From Bryobacterales bacterium (GTDB lineage: Bacteria > Acidobacteriota > Terriglobia > Bryobacterales > Bryobacteraceae), in contig CAVPSN010000017.1 of the NCBI GenBank assembly GCA_963708385.1, forward strand, positions 136,825 to 200,824: DNA of 64,000 bases, read 5' to 3'. Positions 56,383-64,000 of the stretch are shown here, piece after piece. The position numbers and the translations under genes were made by a program. Within the stretch, counting starts at the first letter, position 1. The number at the start of each line of letters is the position of its first letter. The notes under the pieces were generated by a model that saw only the letters and a list, made by a program, of their open reading frames with translations, was not told the DNA's origin and did no database searches.

Positions 56383-56403
56383 AAGCATCCCCGCAGGATC
56401 AGC

Positions 56404-58146
56404 CTACGGCATGTCGTCGTTAGCGCAGCGCATCCCCGTCCCCTGATCGGGACTCCCCGGCGGCGCCGGATATCGCAACGACACTCGAACATCGGAGGGA
56501 TCGCGCATCCATGATCCCCCGCGCAGCACCCGGTATTCGCCCGCTTGAGGCCCTCGCGGATCGCTCGCTGGACTGGCGCGATAGAAATCACGACCGTAGA
56601 AATCCGCCGTCCATTCCCAAACGTTCCCCAACATGTCGTATAAGCCGTATGCATTCGGAACCAGCGTCTTCACCGCGTGCGTGTGCGCGCCGCTGTTAGC
56701 CTTGTACCAGGCGATCTGCTCGAGCGCCCCGTAGCGCAACTGATCCGAGCCGCCGCGCGCCGCAAACTCCCACTCGGCTTCGGTGGGAAGGCGACCGCCG
56801 GTCCACGTGCAATAGGCGCTGGCCGCGGTCCACGAGACGTTCGAAATCGGCATCGATTCATCCTTCCAGTCGGGATTGTCGTCAGGCGCCTTCGGCATCG
56901 CCGCTTCCGTAGCCAGGGCGAAGTGACGGAACGGTTGCGCCGTGACCTCGGTTTGCCCAATCCAGAAGCCGCGTGTCAGAGTGACTTGGTGTGGCGTTTC
57001 GTCGTTGCGGCAGGCGGCATCCACCTGCGAACAGCCCATGCGATACGTGCCCGCGGCAATCCATATGTAAGTCAGATCGTCTCGGCGGTTCACTCGGGTC
57101 TGGCCCGTCTTGAGCGACGGGTCCACAGCCAGAAGCGTTCCAACCATGGAGGGCTGCGGATTCAGCACCCGTTTCGCGAGCGTCCCTGGAAGCTTCGGCA
57201 GCATGGACGCGAACGCCGCGCAAGCCAGTAGAGCCGCCGCCAGAGTGAGCCCGGCCCACAATCCCAGGCGCGCCCGCTTCTCCCGCGGCGCGGATTTCAT
57301 CGCGAAGGGACTTGCGGGCTCGGTACCAGCCGCCGCGGCGGCAAGCGCCTCCACGAACGCCGTGCAGGTTTCGAAGCGATCTTCCGGCGCCTTGCTCAGC
57401 GCGCGCTGAAAGACAATGCGCGCAGCCGAGGGAATCCGCGCATCGAGTTCGCTCGGGTCGCGCGGCTGCGCCGAAAGGATCTTCTGGAACAGCGCCGCGA
57501 TCGAATCGGAGTCGAACGGCTTCTGTCCGGCAAGTAGTTCGTAGGCCGTTACCGCCAGGCTCCATTGATCGGCTCTCCCGGTAACGGAACGCCCTTCGAT
57601 TTGCTCCGGCGACATGTAGTGCGGACTGCCGAGCACGCTCGAGCTCATCGTGATCGACGCGCCCAAAGTGGCCTTCGCGATGCCAAAGTCGGCGATCTTC
57701 GCCCCGCCGCCTTCACCCGGCAGCAGCACGTTCGCAGGCTTGATATCGCGATGGATTACGCCGCGGCTGTGCGCGTAATCGAGCCCCGCTGCGATCTGCC
57801 GCACGATGGTGAGCGACGTTTGCAGACTGGGCCGGGGCCCGTCCGACATCAGTTTATGCAGCGCGCTTCCCTCGACGAACTCCATCACGATGAACTTGTG
57901 ACCGCCGATCTCGCCGCGCTCATACGAGGCGACGATGTTGGGATGGTTCAGAGCCCCGGCCGCCTGCGCTTCACGTTCGAAGCGCCGTTCGATCTCTTGC
58001 ATTTGTGCGGGTTCTAGTCCCGCATCCAGGCGCAAGACTTTCAGCGCGATGTCGCGCGCCATTGCCGGATCGTGCGCGCGGAACACTACGCCCATTCCAC
58101 CGCGACCCAGCTCTTGTAGAATCTCAAAACGGCCGAACGTACTCAC
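56404..58146 (-). CDS. Ser/Thr protein kinase fused to a C-terminal FGE-sulfatase (SUMF1/formylglycine-generating-enzyme-like) domain. GTG start.
   Basis: GRGGMGVV...HRDIKPANVLL...DFGIA kinase motifs. TM segment. C-terminal ...GNVWEWTADFY...RGGSW... motifs. Confidence 0.8.
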   Translation of the reverse strand: MSTFGRFEILQELGRGGMGVVFRAHDPAMARDIALKVLRLDAGLEPAQMQEIERRFEREAQAAGALNHPNIVASYERGEIGGHKFIVMEFVEGSALHKLMSDGPRPSLQTSLTIVRQIAAGLDYAHSRGVIHRDIKPANVLLPGEGGGAKIADFGIAKATLGASITMSSSVLGSPHYMSPEQIEGRSVTGRADQWSLAVTAYELLAGQKPFDSDSIAALFQKILSAQPRDPSELDARIPSAARIVFQRALSKAPEDRFETCTAFVEALAAAAAGTEPASPFAMKSAPREKRARLGLWAGLTLAAALLACAAFASMLPKLPGTLAKRVLNPQPSMVGTLLAVDPSLKTGQTRVNRRDDLTYIWIAAGTYRMGCSQVDAACRNDETPHQVTLTRGFWIGQTEVTAQPFRHFALATEAAMPKAPDDNPDWKDESMPISNVSWTAASAYCTWTGGRLPTEAEWEFAARGGSDQLRYGALEQIAWYKANSGAHTHAVKTLVPNAYGLYDMLGNVWEWTADFYGRDFYRASPASDPRGPQAGEYRVLRGGSWMRDPSDVRVSLRYPAPPGSPDQGTGMRCANDDMP

Positions 58147-58381
58147 AGGTCCTCAGTTGTCCACGGCACTATTGCCGAATAAAAGTCGTCGGGAGTTTAA
58201 CCCGAAATACTACCCACAACATATCGGCCGCGTTCCGGATTTGCTGACTCGCCCGACGCCTCCAACGTTCGCATTCGCATGCCACGCCGCTTTTAGGGTC
58301 ATGAATCGCACCACTGGCGCCTGAGCTTCTGATGTCGTGGAAGTGGAATTGCGGCGATTATAGCTGCGAGGCGCCGCATCT

Positions 58382-59185
58382 ATGAAGCCGGTATATATCG
58401 CGTTGGCACTGTTCTCGGCGTGCGCATTATGGAGCGCGAACTCGGCGCCGGATAGGACCCAAGAGATTGTTGAGCGATCGGTCGCAAACACCAATGCCGA
58501 TTGGGCCGCAGCGCCGCAATTCGATTTTACGGAACGGGACGTCATAACCCGGCACGGAACCCGTACCGCAAAGTCTTACCAGGTAATGATGATCGATGGC
58601 TCTACATACAACAAGCTAATCGCCCTCAATGGCCAACCTCTTTCCCCGAAACAGGCGGCCGAAGAGGAGCGCAAACTTGCGGACGAGACAAACCGGAGGC
58701 GCGGCGAATCCGCCGCGGCGAGACAGAAAAGGGTAGCTCAATACCAAAGGGAACGCCGTCAGGATCACGCGCTAATGGGCGAGATGGTAAAAGGGTTCGA
58801 TTTCAAATTGGCCGGCGAGGACACAGTCGACGGCCGCCGATGTTTTGTATTGGATGCCACTCCAAAGACCGGCTACAACCCGCCAACTCGCGAAACGCGG
58901 GTTTTAACTAGCATGCGCGGAACGATGTGGATCGATATGCAGGCATATCAATGGGCGAAGGTGCACGCCGAAGTGTTCCGTCCAGTGGCATTCGGGCTGT
59001 TCATCGCTACGGTGAAGCCAGGAACGCAGTTTACTTTGGAACAGAAGCCTATGCGGGGAAATCTATGGCTCCCGAGCCATTTCTCCATGGCGGTAAATGC
59101 GCGGGTGCTCCTTTCCTCGCGGCATTCCACTGATGACGAGACCTATTCTGACTATCATCAAGCCAGCGGCTCGGCGAGCAATTAG
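58382..59185 (+). CDS. Hypothetical secreted protein, possibly a LolA-like fold.
   Basis: Signal peptide MKPVYIALALFSACALWSA. No motif recognised. Confidence 0.45.
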   Translation: MKPVYIALALFSACALWSANSAPDRTQEIVERSVANTNADWAAAPQFDFTERDVITRHGTRTAKSYQVMMIDGSTYNKLIALNGQPLSPKQAAEEERKLADETNRRRGESAAARQKRVAQYQRERRQDHALMGEMVKGFDFKLAGEDTVDGRRCFVLDATPKTGYNPPTRETRVLTSMRGTMWIDMQAYQWAKVHAEVFRPVAFGLFIATVKPGTQFTLEQKPMRGNLWLPSHFSMAVNARVLLSSRHSTDDETYSDYHQASGSASN

Positions 59186-59189
59186 GTTG

Positions 59190-60010
59190 ACCTGAGCTAC
59201 AGTAATCAACCGGGAACGCGGGTGGCAGCCAATTATTGCTCAGACCAAACAAAAAAGGTTCCAAGTGACTTTAGGGCAGCATAGCTCATCGCCGGCATGC
59301 ACGGCACTGAGCATCGCATTACGAAGCGCCGGACGCTTCGCCTCCCTACTCCACCGGAACCGTTTTTGCCGGCTCCGGCTTCATCGCCTGGAGGCGCGCC
59401 GCGTGCATCTTCATAACGGGACCGTTCACTCGCGCCGAAGTTTTCCTCGCCCGCAACGGTTTCCGCTTACGCGAATTCCGTTCCGGGGTCCATGGTCCTC
59501 CCCTGACGCTTCGCTCACTCACAAATCGGCTAATATTACTCGTTCGGCCTTTTAGCTCCGCTACCTGCCGCCGGTTTGCCCCGACGGCCGGAGGCATCCA
59601 CGCCTCAGACCCGTTGCACTCTGCCGATTCGTTCTTCAGGCCGCGCCACCAACCTCCACTCCCCTTATGGGAATTTTCGCTCCCTCAGGATCAAAGCGTT
59701 CGATTGGTTACCCGGTCTTCCGGTCCGCCTTCCAGACTCGCCCGATCTTCGTTCGCTCCCCGCAGCCGCCTATCTCTATTTGGCTGCGGATCGTCGTTCC
59801 CGATCCGCTACGTTTCCGGAGGCTTGCTGTTCCTCAAACCTCTTGGAACCTTCCTCACTATGCTACTAAGCCGAGTTACCGTCAACGAATTTCTCCAGAG
59901 ATTCGACCCTTTTCAACAATTTCTTTCACACGCATTTCGAATGAGTTACAGATAGAAAACGTGGATCGCTTGTGAATAAAACGTGCGCCGCCAAATTTGT
60001 TGAAGCTGTG
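59190..60010. other. ORF-free 0.8-kb region rich in local hairpins. It could be a structured ncRNA or a fully decayed gene.
   Basis: No ORF longer than about 110 codons in any frame. Hairpins include CCGCAGCC-N14-GGCTGCGG and CGAAGCG-ccgga-CGCTTCG. Confidence 0.25.
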
Positions 60011-60028
60011 GCATGATGGAGAGCGCCG

Positions 60029-60496
60029 ATGCCGTCCCCTTCCGCCATGTTCAGAGCCGCGAAGACGATCCTTCTCGCCGGATTCGTGTGCGGCGTGCTG
60101 GATGGCATCGGCGCAATCGTCCTGACCAAGGCTCTTGGCGGCAGCACGGTGCGCATGTTCCAGGGCATCGCGCGCGGCGTACAGGGCGCCGTCGCGTTTC
60201 AACAAGGCGCCAATTCCGCGTTGCTGGGCGTGGCGCTCCACTTCGCCATCGCCTTCGGCGCCGCGGCCGTGTATTATCTGGCGAGCCGCGTTCTGCCCGT
60301 GCTGGTCCGCCGCGCGCTTCTTTGCGGCGTCTTGTACGGCGTCGCGGTCCACCTCTTCATGAGCTTCGTGGTGATTCCGCTATCCGCCATCGGCCCTCGT
60401 CCGTTCGCGCCGCGCACGTTCTACATAATTCTCGCCATTCACATGGTTGTGGTCGGGCCTTCCATTTCGCTGATTGTGCGGAGGTATTCGCCGTAA
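60029..60496 (+). CDS. Small integral membrane protein (4 TM), hypothetical.
   Basis: Four hydrophobic helices. Confidence 0.45.
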   Translation: MPSPSAMFRAAKTILLAGFVCGVLDGIGAIVLTKALGGSTVRMFQGIARGVQGAVAFQQGANSALLGVALHFAIAFGAAAVYYLASRVLPVLVRRALLCGVLYGVAVHLFMSFVVIPLSAIGPRPFAPRTFYIILAIHMVVVGPSISLIVRRYSP

Positions 60497-60516
60497 CCCG
60501 CTACGAGGCAGCCAAA

Positions 60517-60864
60517 ATGACCGCCAAGGATTTCCGCCGCATCGCACTCAGCCTCGAAGGCGCCGAGGAAGGTTCGCACTTCGGCGCAGTCGATTTCCGC
60601 GTGGGCGGCCGCATCTTTGCCACGCTCGCCGCCGTCAAGCAAGGTTACGGAAACCTGATGCTCACGCCCGAACAACAGGCGGAATTCGTCGCCGAGCAAC
60701 CCGAGTTGTTCCTGCCCATCCCCGGCGGATGGGGAAAGAGCGGAGCGACGCATATCCGTCTTTCCGAGGCTAACGAAGATGTTCTCTCCGGCGCGCTGCG
60801 CGCGGCATGGATGGTTCGCGTGGACAAGAACCGTAACGCGCGGGGCAGGAAGCCGAAAAAGTAA
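60517..60864 (+). CDS. MmcQ/YjbR-family protein.
   Basis: MTAKDFRRIALSLEGAEEGSHFG...FRVGGRIFATL... Confidence 0.55.
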   Translation: MTAKDFRRIALSLEGAEEGSHFGAVDFRVGGRIFATLAAVKQGYGNLMLTPEQQAEFVAEQPELFLPIPGGWGKSGATHIRLSEANEDVLSGALRAAWMVRVDKNRNARGRKPKK

Positions 60865-60891
60865 CTTCCTCGTGCCATACTGAACCAGAAT

Positions 60892-62141
60892 ATGAAGATT
60901 CTATTCCTCCTCGCATCGGCCTCTCTGGCCCTGTTTGCCCAGACCCCGCCCATCGAAGAGCTTATCCAGGCCGCACGCGGCGGCCCGGCCACTCCCGGGC
61001 TCAAAGACATGATCGTGAAGACGCTCGGCGCGCACGGCGGTCAAAACGTCTGGGGCCAAGATTACATCTTCGTCGCCGATTCCCCAACGCCCGTCACCGT
61101 CTCCATCGATCAACTGCCAGCCCGTCCCCATGGCTCAGGTCGAGGGCTCTACGTTCTGGATGCTTCTCAAAAAGATGCGCACCGGCGTCACGCATTCATT
61201 CCAGTACTATGCAGCGGGGAAGCCGCTGGGCGCGCGCGGCGATGCCATCGGCTATAATCCCGATTCCTACCCTAAGCCCGGCGTTCCGCATGGCAAAGCC
61301 AGCGAAAAGCTTACCATCGTCAGCAAGATCTACGATGGCATGAAGTCCGACTATTGGATCTACGCCTCTCCCGGCGTCGACCCCTCGGTCCCTTCGCCCC
61401 TCATGGTCTGGCAGGATGGCCAGGGTCTGGTCGGCGATTTCTCGCGTCGCCGCCTTTTCACGGTCACCGAGAATCTGGTGCAGCAGAAGCTGCTACCGCC
61501 CATCGTCCACGTGCTGATCGCACCCGGGACTTCAACCGATGGCCGCGCCATGCGCTCCATCGAGTACGACACCGTCAGCGACCGCTACCCGCGCTTCCTG
61601 ATGGAAGAGGTGCTGCCCGAAGTCGAGAAGACCTACAAGCTCCGCCCGGATGGCTATAGCCGCGCTATCGCGGGCGAATCCTCCGGCGGCATCTGCGCCT
61701 TCAACGCCGCCTGGCTGATGAACGATCATTTCAGCCGCGTCCATTCAGCGGTCGGCAGTTTCACCTCCATCCAATGGCATCCGGAGGAAAAGCTCGAAGG
61801 CGGCAACGTCTATCCGTTCAAGGTGCGCAAGGAACCCAAGCGCAACATCCGCGTCTGGATGAGCGATGGCTCCGACGATCTCGAGAACCAATTCGGCTCC
61901 TGGCCCATGCAGAACATCCAGATGGCGAACTCGCTCAAGCTTCGCGAATACGATTTCCATTTCCGTTTCGGCACAGCCGCGCATGGCGGTGCTCAAGCGG
62001 CGCTCGATCTGCCCGAATCGCTGGCATGGCTCTGGCGCGATTACGACCCGCACGAAGACGTCGCAGGAATATCAGATGGACCCTGCCGAAAAGGACAAGC
62101 CGTTCTTCCGCGTAACCATCACCAGCCGCGACGCCTGGTAA
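60892..62141 (+). pseudogene. Secreted alpha/beta-hydrolase esterase (enterochelin-esterase-like) with an N-terminal extra domain. Frameshifts near 61122 and about 62065.
   Basis: Signal peptide MKILFLLASASLALFAQ. The nucleophile elbow is GESSGG in IAGESSGGICAF. The two ORF pieces join at ...DQLPARP/MAQVEGSTFW. Confidence 0.6.
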
Positions 62142-62146
62142 CCGAG

Positions 62147-63945
62147 ATGCCGAAATCGCGCCGTCAATTTCTCACCCGCGCCTCTATCGGCTTCTTGGTC
62201 ACATCGGCCGGATGCCGCAAACCCGTCGAGCAATCGAGCGAACTACCGCCTGGCGCTCCTCCCGCATTCGGAACCGCGCCCGATGTCGGGCCGCCAGTCT
62301 CCACCGCAACCTTCGCCGAGGCCGAAAAGCTGGTCCAGTTTCCGCTCACCGCGCCCGAACGGGAAACCGCCGCTGGCAATTGGCGCAAATCCATGGCGCC
62401 GGTTTACGAACGCCGGACTGGGCCGCGCAAACTCGCCATCGAACCATCGGTTGCGCCCGCCACGCAATGGAATCCCGCGATTCCCGGCGTGCGCATCGGC
62501 CCGGAGCGCGACCGGTTCGTCCGCAGCAAGCCCGATCCCGGCCCTCTGCCCGCGAACGACGCCGATATCGCGTTCGCGCCTGTCACTCAACTCTCGCGTT
62601 GGATCGAGACACGGGAAGCTCACTTCCGAGCGACTCACCGCGATCTATCTCGATCGCCTGCAGCGCTTCGATCCCAAACTCCACTGCGTCATCACGCTCA
62701 CCGCGATCGGCCTCGGCGCAAGCCAAACAAGCCGATGCCGAAATCGCCGCCGGCAAATATCGCGGCCCGCTGCACGGCATTCCGTTCGGCGTGAAAGACC
62801 TGCTCGATACCGCCGGTATCCCCACCACCTATGGCGCGGAACCCTTTCGCAACCGCGTTCCCGACGCACGATGCCGCGGTGGTCAAGCGCCTGCATGAAG
62901 CCGGCGCCGTGCTGGTGGCAAAACTGAGTCTGGGCGCGCTCGCGCTCAACGATATCTGGTTCGGCGGGCAGACCATGAATCCCTGGCTGCTGGAAGAAGG
63001 CGCCTCCGGTTCGAGCGCCGGTCCTGGCGCGGCCACCGCCGCGGGACTGGTTGGCTTTTCCATCGGCAGCGAGACCGGCGGCAGCATCGTCAGTCCCTCG
63101 ATGCGCTGCGGCATCACGGGACTGCGCCCCACCTACGGCCGCGTGCCGCGCACCGGCGCGATGACGCTGTGCTGGTCGCTCGATAAACTCGGCCCCATGA
63201 CGCGCGGCGTCGAAGACGGCATGCTGGTCCTGCAAGCCATTTCCGGTCCCGACGCGGGCGATCTCGCCAGCGTCCCCGCGCATCTCGATTTCGACGCCGC
63301 CGCGCCCGTACAGGGCTTGCGCGTCGGCTACTTCCCCGCTTGGATGAAGGAAGCGCCGGCGACCGATGTGGACCGCGCCGCGCTCGAGCTGTGCAGAAAA
63401 CTCGGCATGATTCCGACCGAAGTGTCGCTTCCCGATTGGCCCTACGACTCCCTCCAATTGATCCTCTTCGCCGAAGCCGCCGCGGCGTTCGAAGAGCTCA
63501 CGCTCGGCGGCGGACTTGCGCCAACTTAAGGCGCAGGTTCCCGACGCGTGGCCCAACCTCTTCCGGCAGGCGCGGTTTCTCTCGGCCGTGGATTTCGTCC
63601 AGGCCGACCGCATGCGGCGCAAAGTGGCGCAGGAGATGGCGCGTATCTTCTGGCGAGGTCGATCTGCTGCTGGTTCCCGTCGCTGCGCGACGAGATGCTG
63701 ACTATCAGTAACTTCACCGGGCATCCGTCGCTCACATTGCGCGCCGGGTTCGTCGAAGTCTCCGAAGCGCGCAGCGATTGGGCGCCCGACCCGGCGCATC
63801 CCTGCCGAAGTTCTCTCCGCCGCGCCGCGTGCCGCACGGAGTCACGCTGATCGGGCGGCTGTTCGAAGAGGGCACGTTGGGCAGTGTGGGAATCGCGCTC
63901 GAACAGGACCTTCATGTTGTTTCAGAGAGGCCGCCGGGGTTTTAG
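62147..63945 (+). pseudogene. Tat-signal amidase (amidase-signature family), broken by six or more frameshifts (62605, 62705, 62860, 63525 and further 3').
   Basis: MPKSRRQFLTRASIGFLVTSAGC Tat/lipobox-like N-terminus. Gly/Ser-rich amidase-signature stretch GASGSSAGPGAATAAGLVGFSIGSETGGSIVSPS. The pieces are spread over four frames. Confidence 0.65.
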
Positions 63946-64000
63946 CGAGCGAGGCTCGTTAGTTTGTAGCCTTCCAAGGGTCGTTGGCTTTCGCCTCGTA

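Noticed and set aside
59190-60010. Possible rRNA, tmRNA or RNase P fragment, suggested by fragments such as GTGGATGCCTCCGGC and GCGATGAAGCCGG
   Set aside because: The order and spacing of the matches do not fit 23S, tmRNA or RNase P consensus. I kept it only as a generic ncRNA candidate.

Overview
High-GC (~62%) chromosomal window, most likely from an Acidobacteria bacterium of the Solibacter/Bryobacter type. This is inferred from several giant secreted beta-propeller/Ig-like proteins with Solibacter-style C-terminal modules, a PEP-CTERM protein, a decayed TIGR03435-like paralog and a Ser/Thr-kinase-FGE fusion. I recognise about 50 protein genes and no rRNA, tRNA, CRISPR array, IS element or integrase. 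Content: (i) 144..5802 (-), a tightly packed three-gene unit of a cobalamin-type radical SAM enzyme, a 970-aa PRTase-AMMECR1-(alpha/alpha)toroid fusion and a PEI(K/R) tetrapeptide tandem-repeat protein. This is the best candidate for an undescribed modification system. (ii) Class II ribonucleotide reductase nrdJ with an NrdR-box-like palindrome. (iii) Hexuronate genes: a UxaA-family dehydratase and a Tat-signal UxuA-like dehydratase. (iv) HD-GYP, a secreted matrixin protease and an NHL-repeat protein. (v) A beta-helix protein, fabG, ubiD and a 1698-aa surface protein. (vi) An XRE-NfeD-flotillin-PspA-membrane-protein stress module. (vii) LysR with leuA-like/leuB/leuC/leuD. (viii) An OsmC-STAS-thioredoxin-like trio, proS and a tricorn-like protease. 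(ix) A peptide/hydroxyproline catabolic cluster of PfkB kinase, KGSA dehydrogenase, M24 aminopeptidase and a proline-racemase-family enzyme. (x) PEP-CTERM and HXXEE proteins, the kinase-FGE fusion, an esterase and an amidase. At least 30 single-base indels break nine or more conserved genes: nrdJ, the uxuA-like gene, fabG, ubiD, the nfeD/flotillin/pspA genes, leuB, the esterase and the amidase. They sit in clusters, while neighbouring very long lineage-specific genes stay intact. I cannot tell from sequence alone whether this is an assembly artefact or real gene decay. All homology calls are made by eye from motifs, without database searches.
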